DNA from: Patescibacteria group bacterium
GTDB taxonomy: Bacteria > Patescibacteriota > Minisyncoccia > Minisyncoccales > JAHCRE01
DNA length: 64,000 nucleotides
Reading direction: 5' to 3'
NCBI GenBank assembly: GCA_020148055.1
Contig: JAHCRF010000002.1
Coordinates: 28,138-92,137 of the forward strand
Shown here: positions 17,608 through 26,285 of the stretch, piece by piece
Layout of the letters: each line of letters starts with the position of its first letter
How positions within the stretch are numbered: the stretch's first letter is position 1
The notes under the pieces: generated by a model
What the model saw: only the letters and a program-made list of their open reading frames with translations
What the model was told of the DNA's origin: nothing
Databases searched by the model: none
Program-made: the position numbers and the translations under genes

Positions 17608-18162
17608 TTACTCTTTAATTGGGAAGCCTAATAATCTTAATAATTCTATTCCCTCTTCTTTATTTTTTGCTGTTGTCACTACTGTAATTTCAAAACCAAA
17701 AATATTTTTTACTTTTTCAGGAGATATCTCAGGAAAGGCAATATGTTCTTTTATGGCAATGGTTAAATTTCCTTCCCGATCAAAAGATTTAGGATCAATT
17801 CCTCGGAAATCTCGAGATCTTGGAAGAGCAATGTGAATTAATCTCTCTAAAAAATCAAACATTCTTTTTCCTCTTAAAGTACCTTGAGCACCAACCGGCA
17901 TCCCTTGGCGAATTTTGAAGCCGGAAATTGATTTTTTTGCCCTGGTTAAAACTGGTTTCTGACCAGTGATTAGGACTAAGTCATTTAAAATGGCTTCGTA
18001 AATTTTCTTTTGTTCATCAGAAGTTTTTCCAGTAATCAGCCTACCAAAACCAGTATTCACCATCACTTTCTCAATTTTAGGAACAGCCATAATATTTGGA
18101 TAGCCAAACTTTTTTTGCATGGCAGGAATAACCTCTTTTTTATACTTCTCTGGTAATCGCAT
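17608..18162 (-). CDS. rplE: 50S ribosomal protein L5
   Basis: [16 protein letters not shown]...[23 protein letters not shown]. Confidence 0.95.
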   Translation of the reverse strand: MRLPEKYKKEVIPAMQKKFGYPNIMAVPKIEKVMVNTGFGRLITGKTSDEQKKIYEAILNDLVLITGQKPVLTRAKKSISGFKIRQGMPVGAQGTLRGKRMFDFLERLIHIALPRSRDFRGIDPKSFDREGNLTIAIKEHIAFPEISPEKVKNIFGFEITVVTTAKNKEEGIELLRLLGFPIKE

Positions 18163-18165
18163 TGT

Positions 18166-18255
18166 CTTTTAAGTATTTAGTATTAAGTAGTTAATATTTA
18201 GGATTTAGATTTTTAAAAACTATACTCGATACTTAATACTTCATACTATATACTA
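18166..18255. repeat. period-7 repeat hairpin filling the rplX-rplE spacer
   Basis: 18171-18212 aagtatt/tagtatt/aagtagt/taatatt/taggatt/tagattt. 18221-18255 tatactc/gatactt/aatactt/catacta/tatacta. The arms are complementary over ~20 nt (agtattaagta core). Confidence 0.6.
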
Positions 18256-18603
18256 AATCTTTTGTCCGCACTTCTTGCATATTCTAACTTTTGATTTTTG
18301 ATCTTTGCTGGAGCCTTTTGCTCCTCCCCGTAGGGTCCTTTTTGATATAACTTTATATCCTACCTTAGTTGCTTTTTTGCATTTCGGACAAATAAGCTTG
18401 ACATTGGAAATATGAATGGGAGCAGGCAATTCAACGATTTGACCCTTTTCTCCCTCCCTTTTCGGTCTGATATGCTTTTTTCTTAGATTAACTCCTTCAA
18501 TTAAAAGTCTTTGCTCTTTTGGAAAGGCCTTTAAAACTTTACCTTTTTTGCCACGATACTTTCCAGAGATTATAAGAACCTGGTCACCTTTTTTTATTTT
18601 CAT
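18253..18603 (-). CDS. rplX: 50S ribosomal protein L24 with CxxC..CxxC C-terminal extension
   Basis: MKIKKGDQVLIISGKYRGKKGKVLK (KOW) ... IHISNVKLICPKCKKATKVGYKV...RICKKCGQKI. Confidence 0.93.
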   Translation of the reverse strand: MKIKKGDQVLIISGKYRGKKGKVLKAFPKEQRLLIEGVNLRKKHIRPKREGEKGQIVELPAPIHISNVKLICPKCKKATKVGYKVISKRTLRGGAKGSSKDQKSKVRICKKCGQKI

Positions 18604-18605
18604 AA

Positions 18606-18977
18606 TTAAACTAATTCTTCAGCTAATCCCGCTATTTTGTCAAATCCTTTCTCTTTTAATTCCCTGGGTACCGGCCCGAGGACTCTTCCTCCTTTTGGAT
18701 CTTTTGTTTTCCCTTCTAAAATTACAATAGCATTATCGTCAAATCGAATATAGCTCCTATCTGACCTCCGATAAGATTTTTTTTGACGAACTATTACTGC
18801 TCTTACAATATCGTGTTTTTTTACCAGCCTTCTCGGTTCAGCCTCTTTTACAGTACCAACAATAATATCGCCGATCCGGGCATATCTTCTACGAGTTCCG
18901 CCTAAAATTCTAAAACATTGGACGATTTTAGCACCGGTATTGTCAGCTACTTTTAACATTGTTCTTGGTTGTATCAT
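18606..18977 (-). CDS. rplN: 50S ribosomal protein L14
   Basis: MIQPRTMLKVADNTGAKIVQCFRILGG. Confidence 0.95.
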   Translation of the reverse strand: MIQPRTMLKVADNTGAKIVQCFRILGGTRRRYARIGDIIVGTVKEAEPRRLVKKHDIVRAVIVRQKKSYRRSDRSYIRFDDNAIVILEGKTKDPKGGRVLGPVPRELKEKGFDKIAGLAEELV

Positions 18978-18982
18978 AAAAA

Positions 18983-19079
18983 CTGAGAATTACGAATTAG
19001 GAATAAAGAATAAGGATATATCGTTCTCATAATTCATAATTCATTATTCATTATTCATTATTCATTATTCATTATTCTA
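18983..19079. repeat. period-7 repeat hairpin filling the rpsQ-rplN spacer
   Basis: ctgagaa/ttacgaa/ttaggaa/taaagaa/taaggat versus ttctcat/aattcat/aattcat followed by tattcat x4 and tattcta. Confidence 0.6.
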
Positions 19080-19308
19080 ATTTTCTTATTACTCTCCACT
19101 TTTTCTCTTTACTGATGGGTCTAGATTCCTCAATTATCACTTTGTCCCCAACTTTATATTTACCACTTTCATCATGAGCTTTATATCTTTTATGGGCTTT
19201 ATATCTCCTCTTATATTTTGGATGTTCTTTAATTCGTTCAACTTCAACCACCACCGTTTTTTCCATTTTATCTGATACTACTATTCCTTTTAATCTTTTT
19301 TTAGGCAT
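19072..19308 (-). CDS. rpsQ: 30S ribosomal protein S17
   Basis: [43 protein letters not shown]. Confidence 0.95.
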   Translation of the reverse strand: MPKKRLKGIVVSDKMEKTVVVEVERIKEHPKYKRRYKAHKRYKAHDESGKYKVGDKVIIEESRPISKEKKWRVIRKLE

Positions 19309-19314
19309 ACTCCA

Positions 19315-19390
19315 GTGAACAAAAAACAGTAAACAGAGAACAATAACTTTATTAAGAACTAATTTGTTTATCGTTCTTTGTTCTTTGTTT
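19315..19390. repeat. period-7 repeat hairpin across the rpmC-rpsQ junction
   Basis: gtgaaca/aaaaaca/gtaaaca/gagaaca versus tttgttt/atcgttc/tttgttc/tttgttt. The right arm encodes the last residues of L29 (..[10 protein letters not shown]). Confidence 0.55.
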
Positions 19391-19564
19391 ATTTAGTAGA
19401 GTTAATATTCTGGCAATATCTTTTTTTAATTCTTTGATTTCCCGAACGTTTTTAATCTTTCCGGAAGCCAAATTAAAACAAATATCTCCTAATTTTTCTC
19501 GTTTATCCCGAAGAATCTTTTGAAGTTTAGCTTTTGGTTTTTTGCGTAATTCTTTAGCTTTCAT
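19352..19564 (-). CDS. rpmC: 50S ribosomal protein L29
   Basis: [25 protein letters not shown]...; position between rplP and rpsQ. Confidence 0.9.
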   Translation of the reverse strand: MKAKELRKKPKAKLQKILRDKREKLGDICFNLASGKIKNVREIKELKKDIARILTLLNKQRTKNDKQISS

Positions 19565-19574
19565 AATTAGTAAG

Positions 19575-19979
19575 CTATCTTTTAATAAACTTTGTTTTTA
19601 TTGGCAACTTATCACTAGCTTTTCTTAAGGCTTCCCGGGCTTCTTTTTCAGTTATTCCCTCGATCTCAAAAATAACCCGGCCAGGCTTTATGGGAAAAAC
19701 ATAATGGGAGACTTTTCCTTTTCCTCCACCCATAGGAACCTCGGTTCCTTTAGTTGTTACCGGTTTTTGAGGAAAAATTCTAATCCAAAGTTTTCCTCCT
19801 TTTTTCAAATATCTAATAATTGCTCTTCTGGCTGCTTCAATTTGACGAGAAGTAATCCAGCGAGTTTCCAATGATTTTAAACCAAAGGCACCAAAAACCA
19901 ACTCAGTGCCCCGAGTTTCAATTCCTTTACTGCGGCCTTTCATCCATTTTCTATGCTTTACTTTTTTTGGATATAACAT
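19575..19979 (-). CDS. rplP: 50S ribosomal protein L16
   Basis: [16 protein letters not shown]...[10 protein letters not shown]...[13 protein letters not shown]. Confidence 0.95.
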   Translation of the reverse strand: MLYPKKVKHRKWMKGRSKGIETRGTELVFGAFGLKSLETRWITSRQIEAARRAIIRYLKKGGKLWIRIFPQKPVTTKGTEVPMGGGKGKVSHYVFPIKPGRVIFEIEGITEKEAREALRKASDKLPIKTKFIKR

Positions 19980-19982
19980 ATT

Positions 19983-20624
19983 TTAAAATTTTTCTCCTTT
20001 ATAAATCCAAACTTTCACCCCCACTACTCCATATCTACAATAGGCTCTGGCCTGAGAATAATCAATATCAGCTCTGATAGTCTGGCGAGGTAATCTTCCT
20101 TTCTTTAGCCATTCGGTTCGAGCAATCTCCACCCCATCCAATCTCCCAGATACCTCTACCCTTGCACCTTTAACTTCCTTACGAGATATAATTCTATCTA
20201 AAGCTCGTTTTAAAACTCTTCGGTAACGAACCCGTTTTTCAATTTGTTGGGCAATCCACTGAGCAGAAAGACTAGCGGAAAGCCAGGGATCTCTAATCCC
20301 CTTGATTTCTATTTTTAATTCTTTTTTCTTATCATTTTTTAGAATTTTTCTCTTCAATCTTCCTCTTAATGCCTCAATTCCTTCCCCTCGCCGACCAATA
20401 ACTAAACCTGGTCTGGCGGTAAAAATAATCACATTTATCTTGGTTGGGAATCTTTCAATTTCAATTCGATCAACTGCACATTTTGCCAATTTCTTTTTTA
20501 AAAATTCTCTAATTTCAAAATCTTCTTTCAAATGTTCTGAAAATTTTTTTTCATAAAAACCCCGAGAATGCCAATCAGTTATTTCTTTTATCCGAAAAAT
20601 TTTAGGATGAACTTTATGAGTCAT
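19983..20624 (-). CDS. rpsC: 30S ribosomal protein S3
   Basis: KVHPKIFRIKEITDWHSR...GRRGEGIEAL...GRLDGVEIARTEW. Confidence 0.95.
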   Translation of the reverse strand: MTHKVHPKIFRIKEITDWHSRGFYEKKFSEHLKEDFEIREFLKKKLAKCAVDRIEIERFPTKINVIIFTARPGLVIGRRGEGIEALRGRLKRKILKNDKKKELKIEIKGIRDPWLSASLSAQWIAQQIEKRVRYRRVLKRALDRIISRKEVKGARVEVSGRLDGVEIARTEWLKKGRLPRQTIRADIDYSQARAYCRYGVVGVKVWIYKGEKF

Positions 20625-20626
20625 AA

Positions 20627-21121
20627 TTAGAAGGCTTTTCGCCTAAAGATTCTTCTAAATCCTCTTTCAATCTTTGGTTTAGGTGTTTCCAATCCTGGTC
20701 TTAATTTTGGTTTTTTCACTTTTGGAACCTTTTTAATTTTTTTTGCTTTCTCAACTTTCTTTACTTTTTTAATTTCCTTTGGTTTTTTCTCAATCTTATC
20801 TAAAATAAGGGTTATATGGGAAGTTTTTTTCTGGATTTCAAAGGCCTGACCGCGAGCTCTTGGTCTCCACCTTTTTAGTTTTGGTCCTTCATCAACAAAA
20901 ATTTTATAAACATAAAGATTTGATTCAGGTAATTGAAAGTTATGAGTGGCGTTAGCAATAGCCTGTTTTAAAAGTTTAGTCAAAACAGGGGCAGCTTTTT
21001 TGGGTAAAAATTTAAGTAAAGTTAAAGCTTCAGAAACTCTTTTTCCTCGAATTAAATCAGCCACTAATCTTACTTTTCGGGGAGCAATCCGTAAATAGCG
21101 ACGTTTGGCAGTGATTTTCAT
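20627..21121 (-). CDS. rplV: 50S ribosomal protein L22 with Lys-rich C-terminal extension
   Basis: [29 protein letters not shown]...[20 protein letters not shown], then the [28 protein letters not shown] tail. Confidence 0.95.
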   Translation of the reverse strand: MKITAKRRYLRIAPRKVRLVADLIRGKRVSEALTLLKFLPKKAAPVLTKLLKQAIANATHNFQLPESNLYVYKIFVDEGPKLKRWRPRARGQAFEIQKKTSHITLILDKIEKKPKEIKKVKKVEKAKKIKKVPKVKKPKLRPGLETPKPKIERGFRRIFRRKAF

Positions 21122-21123
21122 TT

Positions 21124-21209
21124 TAGCATTTAGTATTAAGTATTTAGTGTCAAGTATAAAATCGAAATTAAAAATTGCTTAATACTTAATACTCGATACT
21201 TTATACTTA
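21124..21209. repeat. period-7 repeat hairpin filling the rpsS-rplV spacer
   Basis: tagcatt/tagtatt/aagtatt/tagtgtc/aagtata versus ttgctta/atactta/atactcg/atacttt/atactta. Confidence 0.6.
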
Positions 21210-21521
21210 CTTTTTAATTTTTTCGGCTTCTTTTTGACCCACTTTTTTCTCAAGTTCCCTCTGTATTCTTCCTCCATGTTTGAAGAATTTAGTAGTTGGG
21301 GCAAATTCGCCAAGTCGATGACCAACCATTCCCTCGGTTACATACACCTGCACATGTTCCTTGCCATTATGAACTCCAAAAGTAAAACCAACCATTTCAG
21401 GGGTAATGACTGAAGCCCGAGACCAGGTCTTGATAATTTCCTTAGTTCTCGGTTTCAGATTTTTCATTTTCTTAAGTAGTTTTTGGTCAACAAAAGGGCC
21501 TTTTTTAAGTGATCTAGCCAT
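21207..21521 (-). CDS. rpsS: 30S ribosomal protein S19
   Basis: [18 protein letters not shown]...[27 protein letters not shown]. Confidence 0.95.
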   Translation of the reverse strand: MARSLKKGPFVDQKLLKKMKNLKPRTKEIIKTWSRASVITPEMVGFTFGVHNGKEHVQVYVTEGMVGHRLGEFAPTTKFFKHGGRIQRELEKKVGQKEAEKIKK

Positions 21522-21526
21522 AAAAT

Positions 21527-21596
21527 TAAGCTAACTAAGCGACTAAGCGGTTAAGTTAATTAAGTTAAAAAAGTCTCTTAATCACTTAATCTCTTA
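21527..21596. repeat. period-7 repeat hairpin filling the rplB-rpsS spacer
   Basis: taagcta/actaagc/gactaag/cggttaa/gttaatt/aagttaa versus tctctta/atcactt/aatctct (ttaagttaattaag vs ttaagtgattaag). Confidence 0.5.
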
Positions 21597-22394
21597 TTTT
21601 CGCTTTTTCTTTCTTCGCTGAATAATGTATTTATCTGTCTGTTTCCTTTTTCTCGTTTTTACTCCCCTGGCCGGTTTTCCCCAGGGAGTCTTTGGATGTT
21701 TTAATCCAATCGGTCTCTTTCCTCCTCCTGCTCCACCATGAGGATGGTCATAAGGATTCATTGCTGCTCCTCGAACCACTGGTCGCCGTCTTAAGTGACG
21801 AACTCTGCCGGCCTTTCCTAAGATTCTAAACCGATGCTCTGGCCGAGAAACACTACCAATGGAGGCAAAACATTCTTCAGAAATCTTTCTAATTTCTTTC
21901 GACGGCATCTCGAGATGAGTATATCCACCCTCATTAGCTAAAACTTTTGCTGCCGTCCCGGCACCTCTAACCAATTTTCCTCCTTTGTCAGGTACAATCT
22001 CAATATTATAAATCAGGGTACCTGGTGGAATATTTTTTAATTTCATTCGATTCCCCGGTTTGATCTCGGCTTTCTCCGAAATAATAACTGGGTCTCCCAC
22101 TTTTAAATTTTGAGGAGCTAAAATGTATCTTTTCTCTCCGTCAGCATATTCTAAAAGGCAGATATCAGCTGTCCGATAGGGATCGTATTCTAAAGCAATA
22201 ACTTTTGCCGAAATATCAATTTTTTCCTGGCTGAAATCGATTATTCGATAAAGTCTTTTTGCTCCCCTTCCTCGATGACGAACGGTTATTCGACCCGACT
22301 TTGCTCTTCCTGCCCTTTTCTTTAATGCTAAAAGCAACCTTTTTTCAGGTTTTTTTTTACTTAATTTTTTCTTGGAAGTAATAGTCTTTTTCAT
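21594..22394 (-). CDS. rplB: 50S ribosomal protein L2
   Basis: GRITVRHRGRGAKRLYRIIDF...RGAAMNPYDHPHGGAGGGKRPIG. Confidence 0.95.
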   Translation of the reverse strand: MKKTITSKKKLSKKKPEKRLLLALKKRAGRAKSGRITVRHRGRGAKRLYRIIDFSQEKIDISAKVIALEYDPYRTADICLLEYADGEKRYILAPQNLKVGDPVIISEKAEIKPGNRMKLKNIPPGTLIYNIEIVPDKGGKLVRGAGTAAKVLANEGGYTHLEMPSKEIRKISEECFASIGSVSRPEHRFRILGKAGRVRHLRRRPVVRGAAMNPYDHPHGGAGGGKRPIGLKHPKTPWGKPARGVKTRKRKQTDKYIIQRRKKKRK

Positions 22395-22439
22395 TTGATT
22401 TTACCGAGCACATAATTTGTTATATGATTCGGTTAATTT

Positions 22440-22820
22440 TTATTTCGGGAAAAGCTCAATCTTCTGACCTTCTTTTACCTTAACAATTGCCTTTTTATAC
22501 CCTTTTTTCCAGCCTGAAATTCTACCAAGTCTTCTTCTTTTTGGTGGAACTTTGATAATTTTCACATCGATTACCTTAACTTTATAAATATCTTCAATCG
22601 CCTTCTTTACCTCAACCTTGTTTACCCCTTCCCAAATTCTAAAAACATATTGATTTTTCCTTGCTAAATCAGTGGCTTTCTCAGTGATATGAGGCTCTTT
22701 CAAAACTCGGTAAGTCTCACTTATTTTAGAAACCCGTTTTGGGGGCTCTGCTCTGGGAGTTGGAATTTTTTCAACCGGCTTTTCTTTTGGCTTTTTTTTG
22801 AAAATATTACGTATAGCCAT
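22440..22820 (-). CDS. rplW: 50S ribosomal protein L23 with N-terminal extension
   Basis: VLKEPHITEKATDLARKNQYVFRIWEGVNKVEVKKAIEDIYKVKVIDV. Confidence 0.93.
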   Translation of the reverse strand: MAIRNIFKKKPKEKPVEKIPTPRAEPPKRVSKISETYRVLKEPHITEKATDLARKNQYVFRIWEGVNKVEVKKAIEDIYKVKVIDVKIIKVPPKRRRLGRISGWKKGYKKAIVKVKEGQKIELFPK

Positions 22821-22847
22821 GCTTTAAGATATCTAATTCTTAATAAC

Positions 22848-22920
22848 GAATGTTTAATTAATGTCTAATACTGGAATGTCTAAGTTAAATTTAGTCATTT
22901 GTCATTAGAAATTAGTCATT
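22848..22920. repeat. period-7 repeat hairpin in the rplD-rplW spacer
   Basis: gaatgtttaattaatgtctaatactggaatgtctaag versus ttagtca/tttgtca/ttagaaa/ttagtca (aatgtctaa pairs with ttagtcatt with one G-U). Confidence 0.45.
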
Positions 22921-23560
22921 TCATAAAAGTCTCTTTTATTACTTTTAGTGCTTCTTTTGGTATCAGTAAATATTTAAAAGAAAGTAAATCTAAAACATTA
23001 AGATTGCGAGCTTCAATGGTTTGGAGATTTGGAATATTTCTAGCAGCCAAAATTACATTTTCATCCTTTTGAGGAAGGGCAACAAGAACACTTCCTTTTT
23101 TAAAATCTTTGATTTTTGACCTTAAATTTTCTATTATTTCAGCCATTAATTTTGTTTTTGGCTTTTCGATTTTCAAGAAATCTAAAGAAATAAGTAATTT
23201 CTCTTTTGCCTTAGCCGACAAAACCATAAACAAAGCCTTTCTTCTCATTTTTTTAGGAATTTTCTTTTTAAAAACTCGTTCTTTTGTTGGCCCAAAAGTT
23301 ACCCCGCCGCCTCGCCAAATGGGTGAGCGAATTGAACCATGTCTGGCTCTTCCTGTTCCTTTTTGTCGCCAAGGTTTTCTACCTCCTCCTCTCGCTTCAG
23401 CCCTTGTTTTAGTATGAGCAATAACTTTCCTTCTATTTGCCATCTGAGAGACAGCAATCTGATGAACTAAATCAGGATTTGCTGGAAGCTCAAAAATTTC
23501 CTTAGGTAATCTCGTTTGTCCAATTTTTTCTCCTTTTTGATTATAAGTATTGATGAGCAT
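22916..23560 (-). CDS. rplD: 50S ribosomal protein L4
   Basis: RGGGRKPWRQKGTGRARHGSIRSPIWRGGGVTFGP. Confidence 0.95.
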   Translation of the reverse strand: MLINTYNQKGEKIGQTRLPKEIFELPANPDLVHQIAVSQMANRRKVIAHTKTRAEARGGGRKPWRQKGTGRARHGSIRSPIWRGGGVTFGPTKERVFKKKIPKKMRRKALFMVLSAKAKEKLLISLDFLKIEKPKTKLMAEIIENLRSKIKDFKKGSVLVALPQKDENVILAARNIPNLQTIEARNLNVLDLLSFKYLLIPKEALKVIKETFMK

Positions 23561-23614
23561 AATTTAATTTGTTATCGGGCGGACGCTAAATGTCCGTTTT
23601 TTATTTCTCCTTAA

Positions 23615-23753
23615 GCGAGGGAAGTAATTTTTAGGAGCATCCGCAGGCAAATTTGCTTGGTGTTTCGACGAAGTCGAAACAAATTTGCCGAGGACCTGAG
23701 TGAGCTCATCGCTGGAATGAGCGAGAGTATCCTAAAAATTAGCTTCCTGAGCG
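23615..23753 (-). repeat. ~135-nt structured intergenic element, copy B (rplC-rplD spacer; overlaps the rplC 3' end)
   Basis: Same conserved blocks as copies A and C. The inner helices have different sequence but keep pairing (GGCAAATTTG/CAAATTTGCC, TTTCGAC-gaa-GTCGAAA, GCTCAT-cgctgga-ATGAGC). Confidence 0.75.
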
Positions 23754-24335
23754 AATCTCTAATAATGTTCCTCTTCTTCCAGGGATGGCTCCTTTTACAG
23801 CCATTAGATTCTTCTCTTTATCAATTTTAATTATTTCTAAATTTTTGACCGTTATTCTCCGATAACCCATTCTTCCAGGCATTTTTTTTCCCTTAATTAC
23901 TCTTTGGGGCCAACGCGATCCAATTGAACCAGGAGTTCTCAGTTCATGCTTTACTCCATGGCTAGCCGGTCCGCCGGCGAAATGCCATCTTTTAACTACA
24001 CCGGCAAAACCTTTTCCCTTACTGAGGCCTGAAACCGAGACTTTCCCTCCCTCTTGAAAAGATGAAACATCAATTTCTTGTCCTATTTTATATTTTGAAA
24101 TGTCCTCTTTGAATTCTCGTAAATATCTAAAGGGTTTTTCTTTTTGTGGTTTTTTTATTTTTTTCGCTTTTAATTTTTTAAACCCAATTTGAATAGCTTC
24201 GTAACCATCTTTCTCTTTTGTCCTTATCTGGGTAATATAACAAGGACCGGTCTCAATTAAAGTTATCGGAATTACTTTTCCTTTTTCGTCAAAAATCTGA
24301 CTCATTTCCAATTTTAATCCAAGAATAAATTTCAT
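23739..24335 (-). CDS. rplC: 50S ribosomal protein L3
   Basis: GKGFAGVVKRWHFAGGPASHG...GSIGSRWPQRVIKGKKMPGRMG. Confidence 0.95.
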   Translation of the reverse strand: MKFILGLKLEMSQIFDEKGKVIPITLIETGPCYITQIRTKEKDGYEAIQIGFKKLKAKKIKKPQKEKPFRYLREFKEDISKYKIGQEIDVSSFQEGGKVSVSGLSKGKGFAGVVKRWHFAGGPASHGVKHELRTPGSIGSRWPQRVIKGKKMPGRMGYRRITVKNLEIIKIDKEKNLMAVKGAIPGRRGTLLEIRSGS

Positions 24336-24341
24336 AAATCA

Positions 24342-24513
24342 GCGAAAAACGAATCTAGTACGAATCTACGAATAGGAAATAAAAATGTCGGGGTAACCCG
24401 ACATTCTCAGGTTATTTCCCTAGTTAATATTATCAGTTTGTAAATGATTTGAAAAGAAAAATCATAATTATAATAAAAATATTCGTTTATTCGTAAAAAA
24501 TTCGCTATTCGTT
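24342..24513. repeat. composite spacer (rpsJ-rplC): period-7 arms flanking an AT-rich core and a GC hairpin
   Basis: Left arm 24342-24375 gcgaaaaacgaatctagtacgaatctacgaatagg. Right arm 24481-24513 attcgtttattcgtaaaaaattcgctattcgtt (complementary acgaat/attcgt words). Confidence 0.5.
24375..24404 (-). terminator. intrinsic terminator-like hairpin between rpsJ and rplC
   Basis: Minus strand AUGUCGGG-uuac-CCCGACAU (8 bp) followed directly by UUUUUAUUU. Confidence 0.5.
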
Positions 24514-24518
24514 GATGG

Positions 24519-24863
24519 CTACATTTTTATTTCAATATCCACTCCGGCAGGCAGGTTTAAAGTCATTAAAGCATCAATCACTTTAGGCTTAGGATTTAAA
24601 ATATCAATTAATCTTTTATGAATCCTAATTTCAAATTGTTCCCGAGCATCTTTATGAATAAAAGTGGAGCGATTTACAGTATATTTGTGAATCTCAGTTG
24701 GTAAAGGCACGGGACCTAAAACCTCTGTCCCATAACGTAAAGCGGTCTCGACAATCTGGCGAGCACTATTATCAAGCACTTTATGATCATAAGCTCTCAA
24801 TTTAATCCGAATCTTTTGCTTAATTTCTTCTTCAACTTCAGTAGTTTTCTTCCGGGCCATCAT
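24519..24863 (-). CDS. rpsJ: 30S ribosomal protein S10
   Basis: [16 protein letters not shown]...[35 protein letters not shown]. The track ORF starts at a TTG (24878); ATG at 24863 or 24860 is more likely. Confidence 0.93.
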   Translation of the reverse strand: MMARKKTTEVEEEIKQKIRIKLRAYDHKVLDNSARQIVETALRYGTEVLGPVPLPTEIHKYTVNRSTFIHKDAREQFEIRIHKRLIDILNPKPKVIDALMTLNLPAGVDIEIKM

Positions 24864-24885
24864 CTTAAAAGAACACAAAAAAACT

Positions 24886-24959
24886 GAATAATGAATTATG
24901 AATCACGAATCACGAGAAAAAATATTCATTCTTAATTCATAATTCTTGATTCGTAATTC
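24886..24959. repeat. period-7 repeat hairpin filling the tuf-rpsJ spacer
   Basis: gaataat/gaattat/gaatcac/gaatcac versus attcatt/cttaatt/cataatt/cttgatt/cgtaatt (GAATTATGAATCACGAATCA vs GAATTACGAATCAAGAATTA, 17 of 20). Confidence 0.6.
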
Positions 24960-24962
24960 TTT

Positions 24963-26162
24963 TTATTTAACTATCTTGGTCACCACTCCTGCCCCAACCG
25001 TTTTTCCTCCTTCCCTAATGGCAAATCTCTGTTTTTCTTCTAGGGCAATTGGAGCAATTAGTTTAATTTTCAAATTAACCGTATCACCAGGCATAACCAT
25101 TTCAGTACCCTCTGCCAATGTTACATCACCTGTTACATCAGTAGTCCTAAAATAAAACTGAGGCTTGTAACCGGAAAAGAAAGGAGTGTGACGACCGCCT
25201 TCTTCTTTAGTTAAAACATAAATCTCGCCTTCAAATTCTGTATGGGGAGTAATTGAACCTGGTTTAGCTAGTACCTGACCCCTCTCTATTTCCTCTTTTT
25301 TAAGACCTCTAAGGAGTATTCCCACATTATCTCCAGCTCTTCCTTCATCAAGAATTTTATTAAACATCTCAATACTGACCGCCACCGTCTTTTTGGTTGG
25401 TCGAAAACCAACTAATTCAACCTCATCGTTTGGTTTAATTATTCCTCTCTCAATTCTTCCAGTAGGTACGGTACCTCTTCCAGCAATTGAGAAGACATCT
25501 TCAATTGCCATCAAAAATGGTTTATCTGTTTCTCGAGTAGGTGTAGGAATATGGTCATCTACAGCCTTAATTAAGTCTAAAATTGGTTTAGCTGCCTCGT
25601 CATCTGGAGATTTTACCTCCAAAGCTTTTAAGGCTGACCCTCGAATTATCGGGATTTTACCTCCAGGATAATTATATTTTTTGAGAAGTTCTCGAATCTC
25701 AGACTCAACTAAATCAATAATCTCTGGATCATCCACAGCATCGCATTTGTTCAAAAAAACTACTAAGGCTGGTAAGCCAACCTGACGAGCGAGTAAAATA
25801 TGTTCTCTGGTCTGAGGCATTGGACCGTCGGGAGCCGAAACAACTAAAACTGCTCCATCCATTTGAGCCGCTCCAGTTATCATATTCTTGATATAGTCGG
25901 CATGGCCAGGACAATCGATGTGGGCGTAGTGGCGCTTTTCAGTCTCATATTCAAGATGGGAAATTGAAATAGTTAAGCCACGGGCTTTTTCCTCGGGAGC
26001 AGCATCAATTTGATCTACTGATTTTTTGACTATCTTCGGATTTTTAAAATGTAAAACGTGTAAGATAGCCGATACTAAAGTAGTTTTTCCATGGTCAACA
26101 TGACCAATGGTACCGATGTTAACATGGGGTTTTGCCCTAACAAATTTTTCTTTTTCTGCCAT
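24963..26162 (-). CDS. tuf: elongation factor Tu
   Basis: [28 protein letters not shown]; 399 aa. Confidence 0.97.
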   Translation of the reverse strand: MAEKEKFVRAKPHVNIGTIGHVDHGKTTLVSAILHVLHFKNPKIVKKSVDQIDAAPEEKARGLTISISHLEYETEKRHYAHIDCPGHADYIKNMITGAAQMDGAVLVVSAPDGPMPQTREHILLARQVGLPALVVFLNKCDAVDDPEIIDLVESEIRELLKKYNYPGGKIPIIRGSALKALEVKSPDDEAAKPILDLIKAVDDHIPTPTRETDKPFLMAIEDVFSIAGRGTVPTGRIERGIIKPNDEVELVGFRPTKKTVAVSIEMFNKILDEGRAGDNVGILLRGLKKEEIERGQVLAKPGSITPHTEFEGEIYVLTKEEGGRHTPFFSGYKPQFYFRTTDVTGDVTLAEGTEMVMPGDTVNLKIKLIAPIALEEKQRFAIREGGKTVGAGVVTKIVK

Positions 26163-26167
26163 AAGTT

Positions 26168-26266
26168 TAGAATTATGAATAATGAATGAAGAATAATGAA
26201 TCGTTAAACCTATAATAACCAGAGGCGATGTATTCTTAATTCATAATTCTCAATCCATAATTCAAG
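26168..26266. repeat. period-7 repeat hairpin immediately upstream of tuf
   Basis: tagaattatgaataatgaatgaagaataatgaatcg versus cgatgtattcttaattcataattctcaatccataattcaag; 12-nt exact complement agaattatgaat. Confidence 0.6.
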
Positions 26267-26285
26267 TTTAAATAATTATATTTTT

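Noticed and set aside
18983-19079. Possible CRISPR array (tandem tattcat repeats, and the heptamer arrays in general)
   Set aside because: The units are 7 nt, contiguous and without spacers, and no cas genes are in the window. They are not CRISPR.
23580-23602. Plus-strand terminator-like hairpin (CGGAC-gctaaat-GTCCG + T6) antisense to the S10 operon
   Set aside because: The stem is only 5 bp and no plus-strand gene or promoter is visible upstream. It is mentioned under copy B but not called as a feature.
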